64,000 nucleotides of DNA from Squalus acanthias. Its lineage: Eukaryota. Shown here in pieces: positions 1 to 12,459 of this stretch. The stretch lies in the NCBI GenBank assembly GCA_030390025.1, contig CM059432.1:37264001-37328000 (forward strand), written 5' to 3'. Made by a program: the position numbers and the translations under genes. Position 1 is the stretch's first letter. Each line of letters begins with the position of its first letter. The notes under the pieces were generated by a model. It saw only the letters and a list, made by a program, of their open reading frames with translations, was not told the DNA's origin and searched no databases.

Positions 1-873
1 AGATTTGCATATACTTATTACAAGATTGGCAGCAGGCAGAAGAAAACAACTCGACTTTTAGGTAGATCTGCTCATGATTACAAAAGATTTGAGGAAATTC
101 TGATGCCAATTATTTAAATATTTTGGTTAAGCAATTTTGCATTTTTTTTTTTGTTGAAGCAAAAATCCAGTGCCTGTGCTGATGAGTATCACATACTAGT
201 ATATTGCACATCAATGTGTGGTATTGACTTAAGTGTGATATTTCTTGGTACATTGGTTCCAATTCTCTAAGTATGCCCAATGGGAACCACTTGTCGCTCT
301 CCGTTGCTGGTGTGTTTCGGAGCAGGAGCTAAATAGTGTGTCCTCATACTTTGGTGCTCTTAATATTGCATTTCCAGTGAACATATTTGTTAGTGTGATT
401 TTTGAGGGGAAGAGGAAATCTCAAGCACACACTTATTTACTGGATTCAACCCTCGAGCTATGATGACCTTATTGCTATCATTGTCAAGTCCCTTGAGCAT
501 ATATCTCTCTCCCACCCATCTCACTTCTTCAAGTGGGACTAAATGTAAAGCTCTTTCAAAGAGCCAGCTCGAGCATGATGGGTTGAATGGCCTCCTGTGC
601 TGTATGATTCTATTCAATATTCAAAATCCTGGAGTACAAATGTCACTGTTGCCCTGCTACCCCCCACTTTTCAAACCTCAGCCAGCACTACCTACTAACT
701 CTTCCAACTCTGGTCTCATTTATCCATCCACCTTTGGTGATAGTTTTCAGTTGTCTCAATCCTACAATCTCTCTAAATGCCTCCACCTTACTACCTTTCT
801 ACCCGAGTACAAAAACTCCATTCCATCATGCTTTTGGTCACTTTCCCCAACTTTGTCGTCTACTGATACTTTA

Positions 874-1470
874 GGGCCGATTTTACCCTGCCCGCTTGGC
901 AGAAACCAGTTAAAACTTGGCAGTTAAAATGGCCCTTGTAACACACCCGATTCCACTGCCTTCACACGAGTTGCAATCTTAACCTACTCTGAGCAGAGGT
1001 GGATACCTGCTGGAAGGCAGCCGGGGACGGGGGGTTCTTTAGATATGCAAATTGCTCCGATGATATCGGGGCCTGACTGCAATTTCAAAAAGAGGCCTGC
1101 AAGGGGAAACCGTCGTGGCTTCTCCGCCAGGCCAATCTGGTGGGACGAGGAGCCGGGGCCAGAAGAGACTCAGAAAGGTGAGTGGAATTTTCTTCAGTGT
1201 TTTTTTGTAGGCCTGGAGAAGCATAAGGTAACCTTGGGGCTTCTCTCCCCAACCGTGAGTCCTTCCCAACCACACCTGAGTGCCCGGGTCTGTTCCCTCA
1301 ATGACTACCCGACAGTGGCCTCCTGCTCCGGTCAGCCAGCTAGCGCTTCCTGCCAGGTTTTGGGTGGGAGACTGAAGATTTAAAATCTGCTGCGCCTCAC
1401 GCTGCGTCCGATTCGGGGAGGCCCCCCAACACCCCACCTGCACGACTCTTGGGCCGGGAGTTAAGTTTAG
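874..1470. mobile_element. Harbinger-like MITE with terminal ~60 bp hairpin (family also at ~18986 and ~63098)
   Basis: Follows TTA; GGGCCGATTTTA...TAAAATGGCCC hairpin at 874-935; internal motifs shared with two other copies. Right end approximate. Confidence 0.55.
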
Positions 1471-3339
1471 GGCTTTCGTGTCTGTTCGCTCCTCAGTAAA
1501 GTTTCTTGGGATGCTTTTGCCAAGTTAAAGCGACTTCTACGAATTAAAGTTGCTGTTACTGACTCAAGATGCTGGGGGGGAAAAATCAATGGGTATGCCT
1601 GGCGAATCGTGTTCAGCTGTGTTGGCGTAGCAGGAAGAATGGAAATGTACGTCCATTGATTACAGTAAAGAGGTGCTGAGGAACTAGATAAACTTGAGTT
1701 CTTCAGCCTTAAATGATACATCTCAGAAGCGGAACCTCAGAGATAAAGAAGAGACTTGTAAGCATTACAAGGATAGAGAAGGTAAACCTAGCACAATACT
1801 TTTAGGTACACAAGTGCAGCAGAACAAGAGGACACAGGTTGAGATTGTGAAAGGCAAGCTTAGGACAGATGTAAGGAAACCGGGCGATTGACAACTGCAA
1901 TGGGGCTGTGCGGGAAGCATGGTTGAGGCCAGGATTCTGCACCCAGGTAAGAAACAGCTAGATTCTGTCATGGGGAGATAGTAGGGTTAGTAGTCCGAGA
2001 GGATGAAGTCAAATAGGGTAGTGGTCCGAGATGGAGGTAGCTGGGAGTTGTGCTGGTAGAGGGGGATTAGGCATAGTTGGTTGCTCCCTTGGAAGAGTCA
2101 ACGGAATACAATGGAGGATGCCTTGACTGGAATAGCGAGAAGCCGTGAACAAGTCAAACCTGGGATGATTGCACAAAATGCAGGAGTAGCAGTGAGTGGG
2201 TTGAGGGGCATAAGGCAATGAGATGCAAAATTGGAAGTATTGGCAAAGAGCAGAAGAGGAAGGGGACAGAGTGGGATCAGAATGGCAGGGGATGGTAACT
2301 TGTGTCTGGAGCAGCAACCAGCCGCACTCACACATGTAACGCTAGGCTAGTTTTCCATGTACATGTGTAGCTACTGGGTTGGAGCACTAATGCACCAAAG
2401 AAAGTGAGAGACCTGGATTAAACTACTTCCAGTTGTCATTCTGCCAAACTAGCAGCGGGGAAAGCAACTGCGATTTAGACAAGGAGTGGGTAAGTGAGAG
2501 GGAGGAAAACCCAGCACCAATGATGGGATAGCACTGGAGTAGGAATCCCTTAGAGGAAGCATCCAATCTGGATACCATTTTCTACTTCAAACAAAAAAAA
2601 AAGCTGCTCATTTTGACTGACTGAATTCCCCCCATCCCCAATCTCTTCGTATGTTTCTCTTTCCCACTACAAATAAAAATATCACTTCATGAAATACATT
2701 TTTTGTGCGAGAGGCTGACTGAGAAATTTCTGAGCAGTGAAGTGGAAATAAACCAATTTCACAATACTTCATTTATGCATTCTATTTATAAACTGTCTGC
2801 AGTCAGCTACTGAAAAGAACCTCAAGCTATTTAAACAAACTCGAGCATTGTAAGGTTTCAGTATAAAATGAGAGTATGGAAATTTGGGTTAATTGTAACA
2901 AGAAAAGCATTCCCTCAGCAGCGTGACTGTTGTCAAATGTACTTTAAGAATTGAGCACCACCTTGTTTTATTTGCTTCAGCGATCCCCATCCACTATCAA
3001 AAGTAATGTTCCACCTTCCTTCGGTACTCTTGCGTTAGAGAGGAACACAATTACCCATGGTTCCTGCTCCTGGTCACTATCCAGTGACCCTCTACTGGCA
3101 ACCATGCATGTGTGGACAAGATCAAGCTTGGCGGTGATGGCATTCATGGTTGAACTCTTGGCACTCCTTTTCTAGGCTTTTGCACAAGCATTGGCCACAC
3201 AAGGTATCAGATTTAGCCCACGGAATCATGCACTCGCAAGCATTGGCAACTATAGGCGAAGAAGGAAGAAAATGACAGAGGATGTGGGCAACATGTTGTC
3301 TTTGTGTGCAAATTGGCTGCTGCATTCAGTGCATTAGAA

Positions 3340-4160
3340 CAGCCTATACTATCTACAGGATGCACTACAGCAATTTGCCAAGGTTTCTTCGACAGCACCT
3401 CCCAAACCCGTGACCTCCACCACTTAGGAGGACAATGACGGCAAGTGCCTGAATCATAGAATGGTTACAGCACAGAAGGAGGCCATTCAGCCTGTCGAGC
3501 GCGTGCTGGCTCTCTGCAAGAGCACTTCAGCTGGTCCCACTCCCCCGCCCTTTGCCCATAGCCCTGCAAAAAAAATTCTTTCAGGTACTTATCCAATTCC
3601 CTTTTGAAAGCCATGATTGAATCTGCCCCCACCACCCTTTCAGGCAGTGCATTCCAGATCATAAGCACTCGCTGCGTAAAAAGGTTTTTCCTCATGTCGC
3701 CTTTGATTCTTCTGCCAATCACCTTAAATTTGTGTCCTCTGGTTCTTGACCCTTCCGCCAATGGGAACAGTTTTTCTCTATCTGTCTAGACCCCTCATGA
3801 TTCTGAATACCTCTATCAAAACTCCTCTCAATCTTCTCTGCTCTAAGGAGAACAACCCCAGCTTCTCCAGTCTATCCACGTAACTGAAGTCGCTCATCCC
3901 TGGAACCATTCTTGTAAATCTTGCCTGGGAATACTATCACCAGAACCATCCTGACTTGGACATATATTGTTATCCTGTCGTCATCGCTGGGTCAAATTCC
4001 TGGAACTCCCAACCTAACAGCACTGTGGGAGCACCTTTACCAGACAGACTGCAGCTGTTCAAGAAGAATGCTCACCACCACCTTCTCGAGGGCAACTAGT
4101 GATGGGCAATAAATATTTGATTTGCTAGAGAAGCCCATATCCCAAGAATGAATTTTTAAA
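3340..4160 (+). mobile_element. LINE-B 3' fragment interrupted by an antisense CR1 3' fragment
   Basis: Family tail (GGGCAACTAG..GATGGGCAATAAAT..) and the PNPRPLPPRRT-type region shared with the 15800-16380 copy. Confidence 0.75.
3452..3920 (-). mobile_element. CR1 LINE 3' fragment
   Basis: ORF 3465..3761 has the RTRGH...FTQRV..WNALP CR1 ORF2 C-terminus; ATTCTATG tail on the minus strand. Confidence 0.85.
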
Positions 4161-5189
4161 AGGTGGCTACTCTTCCAAAGTACTTAATTGGCTGTAAATC
4201 ACTTTTGGATGCCCTGAGGTCATGAAAGACACTATATAAATGCAAGTTTCCTTCTTTGCAATAATAGAATGCTGCCTCTAAGAATCACCTACAAACACTG
4301 AATTTCTAAATTACTGTGTGATTTCCAGTCCATAAGAAGCAATCTGGTACCAGCCCTTAGCTTGCAGCTTCACTTTCCTGTCCATTTCTCCTTCAAGAAT
4401 GTCAAGGGGTTGTAATTTCTGAGCTCTCCTTGTATTATGGGCTATCTTGTCGTGCAAGCAGAGTAGTCTTGACATGTTGAAAGACATAATCCCTAATCTG
4501 CAGCTCATCCTGTGTCAATAAATGAAAGAGCATCTAGATTGTGTTGCAATGATTTTATGTGTGAAACCCTTTGAATATGTCCCTGTGCCAAGGCTTTCAA
4601 TTGTAAGTTGCAGCCTGAATGTGTTGCCTGCTGGAGTATGGGGATATGGATAGTAATAAATAGGGTTATATGAGGATGTAGCATAAGGCAGCAGTAAGTG
4701 TGGAACAGAGTGACAGGTAACACTTAGCGGCATGCACACGGACCCCATTTCTACCCGGCAATAGCACTGTTGGGTAGTCTTACCTTTGTTGTCATCCTTT
4801 GCATCTGTTCCCAGAACCTGCAGATAGTGTACCCTGGCTGCCACCGCCTGGAGTATTGATGCATTGCAGTCCTGGAGTGCCAAAAGGGCAACCCTTCTTG
4901 CACCCACACAATGCAGCAGGACCAGCCATCAAACGGGGCTTGGGCGCAGTGTCATTTCATCACTCAGACTGTGGTTCCTGGTTAACCATTTGTTTGGCCT
5001 TACCTTGGTGTTTGCCAGCTAATTCTTTGGAAAGGTAGATTAATATTTTGTTCTCACATGCGGTCATTTACTTTAATTGTGTGATGTGGCCCTTTTATAG
5101 ACTGATGACGTTTACTGTATCCTGCTCCTCTGACAAGTTTCCGCTTGTGGCTCCGAAATGGGCTGGGAACTGGTTATGAATATTGAATT

Positions 5190-5950
5190 AGGGAGCTCAG
5201 GAACAACAACTTGCCATTCGGCCCAATGTGCCTATACCGGCTCTTTAAAAGACCCTTCCAATTAGCCCCACTACCCCGCTCTTTCCCCACAGCCCTGCAA
5301 AATTTTCCTTTTCAAGTATATACCCAATGTATACAATTGAAAGTTACTATTGAATCTGCTTCCTCCACCCTTTTAGGCAGTGCATTTCAGATCATAACAA
5401 GTCACTGCATAAAAAAATTCTCCCCATCTCCCCTCTGGTTCTTTTCCTAATTATCTAAAATCTGTGGTTACCGACTTTCCTGCCAGTGGAAACAGTTCCT
5501 CCCTATTTACTCTATCAAGACTCCTCATAATTTTGAACACCTCTAGTAAATCTCCCCTTAACCTTCTCTGCTCTAAGGAGAACAATCCCAGTTTCTCTAG
5601 TCACTCCACCTAACTAAAGTCCCTCATCCTTGGTATAATTCTGGTAAATCTCCTCGGGCACCCTCTCCAAGGCCTCGACATCTTCAAGTGTGGTGCCCAA
5701 AATTGAACATACTAATCCAGCTGTGGCCCAACCAGTGATTTGTAAAGGTTTAGTACAACTTCCTTGCTTTTGTACTCTACACCTCTATTTATAAAGCCAA
5801 TGACCCCATATGCTTTTTTAACAGCCTTATCGACTTGTCCTGCTACCTTCAAAGATTTGTTTATGTAAACCCTGAGGTCTCTCTGTTCCTGAACCCCCTT
5901 TAAAATTATACCATTTAGTTTATATTGCCTCTCATTCCTCTTCCACAACA
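5190..5950 (-). mobile_element. CR1 LINE 3' fragment, degenerate
   Basis: ORF 5712..5951 has QRDL..YKSKEVVLNLYKSLV.PQL, a CR1 ORF2 motif. Confidence 0.8.
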
Positions 5951-6290
5951 TCTTCCTTCATCTGTACAAATCTTTGTGACTTTTGTACAACAAATTCTCA
6001 ACTAATGCAGTCTGTGCTTTGGGGATGATTTTATAACTGTCACATTTGTTAACTCTCTGTCTTCCTGTAATTTCAGTGGGCAGTGCAAAGGATTAACTCA
6101 AAGAAAAAGCTGGATAAATGTCTGGTTGGGAGCATGATTATAGATGTATAGTTTGAGAGGATGAACTACTCTGCAGGACACAGTAGAATCCTGGGGGCTG
6201 GGAATGTGGAGCGGAGCCTCAGCTGAACTCTGGGGATACGTCGATAGTCCAGAATGTTTTGGATTTATCTTTGAGATCATTTAGGTACTT

Positions 6291-7977
6291 GGGCCGGAAT
6301 TTTGATCTACCTAGGCGGGTCCGTTGCGGGCAGTGTCTGTGGCGGGTCATGACCCCAATGCTGGCTCCATCCTGCCATTGAAAATGAACTTACCTTAATG
6401 GGGCCTATTAAGTGTGTTACCCGGCCCAATGAGATGGAGTGGGTCTGGTGACGTCATTCATGATGTGTTTTCAGCTGGGATCTTTAAAGGGACCATGGCC
6501 ACATTGCAGTCGAAGTTTAATCTAACATGGTGCGGTCAGTGCACTACAGCATTGGAGTGCTGCAAGCACTGACAATTACTGCACAGAGGCAGAGGGCTGC
6601 ACCCAGGTTTTCCGATGGGAGAAGCACGCAGGGAGGTCCTCTTCCCTTCTGATGGGCGGAAGAGACCTCCCCAGGAGACCAGGACAGCCCGGTTGCAGAT
6701 TACAGAGGTCACAAGCAGGGAGGACCTGGGTGCAGTGCCACAAACATTTCCATGATCAGGGAACGTTAGTACAAAGCCACACTCAACTGCATCCTGCTGT
6801 GCCTCTCATCACATCCCCATCACTCTGCCTTCCCTACCCTACTCCTGCACATCCTTACACCAACTTACCTTGCATCTCCACCTATCCCTCTCTCTATCTA
6901 CATTATCACATCCCCATCTCACTAGCCACCCCTCACACTCACCCTCATCCTAGTGCAATCACACCAACTAACAACACACAAGGGTAGTCACTTGGATGTT
7001 TTATCCAACGTTTATGTAAAGTTTCTGTTAATGTGCTGTCAAACGTAAAAATCTTTATTTTCAACACTTTCTGGTTTTGGACAGATTTGTGTGCACCTTT
7101 TGGAAGTGGCTTAGTGAGTTGCAGTGAATGGTGAGACATAACGGTACCATCCGCAATGGTGATGAGTGTGAAAGGAATGGCTTGGTCATTGTAGGGATGC
7201 TTTATGGTGATGGTGTGGGGTGGTGCCAACCTGGCGCATCATGTGGCAGCCATATGGGTGTACAGTGTAAAGTTAACTAAATCTGGCCATGATGAGGCCA
7301 TCCCTGGCCACCTAGGCAGCAATGTGCTCGGGTGCTGATGTCCTCTGTCCTGTGCAGCATCCGGTGATTGCGGAGAAGGTTGGTGCTGCTGGTGTTGGGG
7401 CTCATCGTAGTCTGATTCTAAGGACTAAGGTGAGACAGTATAAACGGCACCCATGTTGATGGAATAGATGGCAGGTCAAGTACAGATGACAGAAGGTGAG
7501 AGAGTTTTTCCAATGAGGTGAGACTGGATGGAGACTTTGCTGGAAAGACTTGCAGCCTACAGAATCTGTGCTAGAAATGGACTGAGCAACAGCTTCTGCC
7601 TGAGGAAAGTGATCATCTGTCAAGTGGGAGCTTTTCTTGTACATTTGAAGCTGTCAAGTAATCAGCTGGAGCAATGGCCACGGAACTCCCGCCTCAGGTT
7701 GACAGACGTGGTTGTTGAGCTGCGTGAATCCCATGGCCATGCAGGGAAATAGAAAAAGTAAGTGAAAAAAGGCTCTTACATGCCTGTAAACTACCTGATA
7801 ATGATTTCAATTGGGTCGCCTGCCGGTCAGGTCGGCTCCGCAGTGACAGACGCGCCTGGGGGAAAGGCGCGTGGGAGCAAGATGACAGCGGGTTCCTGAC
7901 CCGCTGTCAAAAATAACAACTTTCCCACCCAACTCGCCACTGATCATGCCCGCTACCACCCCGGAAAATTCCAGCCT
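6291..7977. mobile_element. Degenerate PIF/Harbinger transposon with convergent Myb/SANT (+) and transposase (-) remnants
   Basis: Imperfect TIRs GGGCCGGAATTTT / AAAATTCCAGCCT. Plus strand REVLFPSDGRKRP..WVQCHKHF (~6620-6755). Minus strand ~7273-7340 reads EHIAA*VARDGLIMARFS*, matching the transposase C-terminus at 24560-24618. Confidence 0.7.
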
Positions 7978-8339
7978 GTGGGGGAGAAACTGGACAATGG
8001 TGCGCCCATTCTTTGGCCGATGGTAGGCGGAATGGAGTCCAAAATAGGTTTGCTATCTCCCACGCCCGGTTCACCCCGAGAGTACACTTCACGCAAAATC
8101 GAATCAGGCAACTTTTAGTTGCCCAAGGCTCTCCACCTGTCACAAGCGGCAGGCTGATTGGGTATTCAAATCGGGGTCCTACGTCGGTTGTAGGACCTCA
8201 ATATGAAATTGGACTGCAACTAGGCAAAGCCACAACTTGGTACTCCTGGTCCTTAAAGCGTCCGCTGGAGACCGCTGACAAAGAAGGCCCAAAAACTATG
8301 AAAAGTTTTGTATCTTGTGGAGTCGGAAGTAACAGGAGT

Positions 8340-11120
8340 GCAAATTGGGATAGATTAAGAACAGATCCAACAGCTCAAAAATGGGCATCCACGAGGCACT
8401 GTGAGTTAACAGCAGGAGCAGAATTGTATACCACCACAATCTGTAACCTCATGGCCTGGCATATCCTTCACTCATCCATTACCATCAATCCAGATGACCA
8501 ACCCTGGTTTAATGAGGAGTGTAGAAGAGAATTAACCAGGCGTAGCAGAAAATGAGGTTCCAACCTGGTGAAGCTGCAACACAGGACTACATGTATGCTA
8601 TAAAGCGGAAGCAGCATGCTATAGACAGAGCTAAACGATCCCACAACCAGTGCAAAGCTATACAATCCTGTCCCATCAGATTGTGAATGGTGGTGAACAG
8701 TTAAGCAACTAACGCAAGTATAAGGCTCCATGAACATCCCCATCCTCAACGATGGCAGAGCCCAGCAGATGAATGCAAAAGGTAAGGCCGAAGTATTCGC
8801 AACCATCTTCAGCCAGAAATGCTGAGTGGATGATGCTTCTCGGCGTCCTCATGCGGTCCCCACCATCACAGATATCAGTCTCCAGCCAATTCGATTCACA
8901 TGACATCAAGAAATGGTAGAGTGCACAGGACACAGCAAAGGCTACAGGTCCCAACAACATCCTGGCTGTAGTGTTGAAGACTTGTGCTCCAGAACTAGCC
9001 GCACATCTAGCCAAACTGTTCCAGTACAGCTACAAAACTGGCATCTACCCGACAATGTGGAAAACTGCTCAGGTATGTCCTGTCCACAAAAAGCAGGACA
9101 ACTCTAACCCGCCCATTTACCGACCTGTCAGCCTACTTTCAATCATCAGCAAAGTGATGGAAGGAGTCATTGTTAGCATATTTTAAGGTGGTTTAAATGG
9201 TCAAGTCGAATGTGGAGAAAAGGTGAAGCTTTTCTGTGTGAACAAATAAGCTGGGCCATGAGAATCAGGCACCAAAATAAGGGGAGCAGTTGCTAAGACA
9301 CCACATACCACAGTATACTGCTAAGGAAATCAGAACTCTGAAGGCCACAAGTAGACAAAGATTGGCCTATGCATTACAGTACAATAAACAAAGCTTGTGG
9401 GACAGAGTTTGAGGCCAAAAGGATCAGGGCATTGTGTAAACACCTCAAGCGTGGCGTCAGCTTAGTGTGATACTTTTATGAGTATGTGCAGCCCAAGGTA
9501 GCTGAATAGTATAAGGGTAGAACATGGCTGCACCCCCCCCCCCCCCCCCCCCACCCCCAAAGGTTAGAGTGCTCTCGTGGACAGTCGGAAGTCCTTTCGC
9601 CTTAACGGTAGCCCAGGGAGTTTGCAGGTCTGATCAGCTTGTATGGACTTCGTGGAGAAAACAGGTTGTATTAAAGCTTGACATTTAATGTAATACTACA
9701 GAACAATTGTATAAGAATAATACTGTTATTAGTCAATGTATATTAAAGCTTGTTGTTTAAAACTACTTGGGCCTGAATCACGCAGAGGTTATTGTTGCAG
9801 GACTAACAACTCTTCGTTGCGACCATAACCACGGGAAATCCACTAACAGTCAGCAACAGTGCTTCCAAGCAGTACTTACTTGCCAATAACCTGCTCACCA
9901 GTGCTCAGTTTGGGTTCTGCAAAGACCACTCGGCTCCAGACCTCACTACAGCCTTGGTCTAAACATGGAGCTGAATTCCATCAAGGCAGCATTCAACCGA
10001 GTGTGGCACCAAGGAGCTCTTGTAAAACTGAAGTCAATGGGGATCAAGGGAAAAACTCTCCAGTGCTGGAATCATACCTGCAACAAATGGAGATGGTTGT
10101 GGTTGTTGGAAGTCAATCATCTCAGCCCCAGGACATTGCTACAGGAGTTTCTCAGGGCAGCGTCTTAGGCCCAACCATCTTCAGCTGCTTCAACAATGAC
10201 CTTCCCTCCATCATAAGGTCAGATGTGGGGCAGCTCGCTGATGATTGCACAGTGTTCAGATCCATTTTCTATTCCTCAGGTAATGAAGCAGTCCATGCCC
10301 GCATACAGCAAGGCCTGGACAACATTCAGGCTTGGGCTGATAAGTGGCAAGTAACATTGAGGCCACACAAGTGCCAGGCAATGGCCATCTCCAACAAGAG
10401 AGAGTCCAACCACCTCCCCTTGACATTCAATGGCATCGCCATAGCCAAATCCTCCAACATCAACATCCTGGGAGTTGCCATTGACCAGTAACTTAACTGG
10501 AACAGCCGCATAAATGCCATGGCTACGAACAGCTCAGGGGCTGGGTATTCTGCACCTCTTGACTCCCCAAAGCCTCTCCACCACCTACAAGCTACAAGTC
10601 AGGAGTGTGATGGAATACTCTCCACTTGCCTAGATGGGTGCAGCTGTAACAACACTCAAGAAGTTTAACACCATCCAGGACAAAACAGTCTGCACAATCT
10701 ATAGCCCATCCACCAACTTAAATATCCACTCCTTCCACCACCGGCGCACCGTGGCTGCAGAGTGTACTATCCAGAGGATGCACTGCAGCATCTCGCTAAG
10801 GCTTCCTCGACAGCACCTCCAAAACCCTTGACCTCCACCACCTAGAAGGACAAGGGCAGCAGGTACATGGGAGCACCATCATTTCTAGGTTCCCCTCCAA
10901 GTCATTCACCATCTAGACTTGGACATATATTACCATTCCTTCATTGTTGCTGGGTCAAAATACTGGGATTCCCAACCTAACAGCATTGTGGAAGTACCTT
11001 CACCACATGGACTTCAGCAGTTCAAGAATAGGCTCACCACCACCTTCTCAAGGGCAACTAGGGATGGGCATAAATTCTGGCCTTGCCAGCAACACCCTCA
11101 TCCCGAGAATTTATTTTAAA
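8340..11120 (+). mobile_element. LINE-B (CR1/L2-group non-LTR retrotransposon), 5'-truncated, frameshifted RT
   Basis: YRPVSLLSIISKVME, QGSVLGPTIFSCFNNDL and LADDCT RT motifs plus the family 3' tail; split by a solo LTR. Confidence 0.88.
9171..9848 (+). mobile_element. Solo LTR (678 bp)
   Basis: TGTTAG...CTAACA termini, 5 bp TSD GTCAT/GTCAG (one mismatch), TATA-like AGTATAA (~9508), ATTAAA signals (~9670, ~9742). The LINE-B sequence resumes on the far side. Confidence 0.75.
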
Positions 11121-11269
11121 AGAGCCTCTTCTGAGCCAGAAAGTCATTGGTTTGAGACCCACACCAGAAATTGGAGCACATTATTTGGACTGAACTTGAG
11201 TGCAGTACTTCCTGATAGATGAGTAGAAATGAAAACCCCCGAAATCATTTAAGAATCTATTGGATTTTT

Positions 11270-11585
11270 AAAAATTTATTCTTGGGATGTGGGTGTCGCT
11301 AGCAATGCATTTGTTGCCTATTCCTTGTTGGCCTGATTGAGTAGCTTGCTAGGCCACTTCAGAGGGCAGTTAAGAGTTAACCACGTTGGTGTGGAACTGG
11401 AGTCACGCATAGGCCAGACCAGTTAAGGACGGCAGGTTTCCTTTCCTGTAGGGCATTAGTGAACCAGTTCTGTTTCCAGATTTTTTTAAACTGAATTCAA
11501 ATTCTGAAACTGCATGGTGGGATTTTAACTCACCTTTTCTGGATTATTAGTCTATTAACATAACCACAACACGACCATACCCCTA
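11270..11585 (-). mobile_element. tRNA-headed SINE sharing its body and tail with LINE-B
   Basis: Minus strand has A/B-box-like head (TGGTCGTGTTGTGG..GAGTTAAAATCC), a body homologous to 12526-12645, and a tail like the LINE-B 3' end. Confidence 0.65.
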
Positions 11586-12459
11586 ACAGCAACAATGGAA
11601 GTGGGACCTTGAGAGTTTGCCTGGATGGATGAATTAAAGTGTAGAGAATAGCTTTCCTCATCTGTAATTATCTTGCAATGTCTTTCTTTCATTGGTCTGT
11701 ATCACTTAGTTTCACACTGGACAAACAGCACGTGCTCCAAGCTGAGGTGCTGCATTCCATGTTTTATATTTTAGTGTCCCATCATGACCTGGTAACTGAC
11801 AACTGTTAGTGATAACTCTGTGGCAATCCACTGCCTCTCTGAGTGAGCTTAAAATATTCACTTCTTGTTTTAAATGAAAAGATACAAATTAATTAACATT
11901 GGGATCTTGCTCCTGGAGTGGATTCTGTACATTACTTAACAGGATTGGGTTTCTTTATTTAAATGCTGCATCTTTACAAGCTGTTGAGCTGAAGAATTAA
12001 TTTAATGAATTAGTCGACCCCACAGGGAAGAAAAAAGAACAGTCAGAAATAATCCACGGTCAGACATTTCCAGCTCATCCCTTGTTCTTGCCTGAGACAC
12101 AGCTGCTTCACTGCCAGTATCAATGAGGCCGCACAATGGGCACCCTGAATAGCTGGATGTATAATAACCCTGCGAATCTCAGATGAAGAGGGGGAAGGGA
12201 AGGGGTCTGTCCATTTTTTTGAGAGGTCTGTTCAGAAATTTCCAAAGTAAAAACGAAACACCAAACGTCTAATTTTTTTTACAATAAAGTTTTTTTTTTT
12301 AATATCCCTCTTTAATTCGGCAGTTGGGGATGTCGATATTAAAAAAGTTTTCAACTAATTCAATGTTAGCTCCCAAAAATTAACAATCAAATTATTCAAT
12401 CAAAATAAAGAGGAAGAATGTTGGTGTGGGATTGGAAAATTTAAAGTCAGTATTTTAAA

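Noticed and set aside
11620..12420. 3' UTR of an upstream gene (AATAAA at ~12283 followed by a T run)
   Set aside because: No linked coding exon is visible, and a poly(A) signal alone is insufficient.
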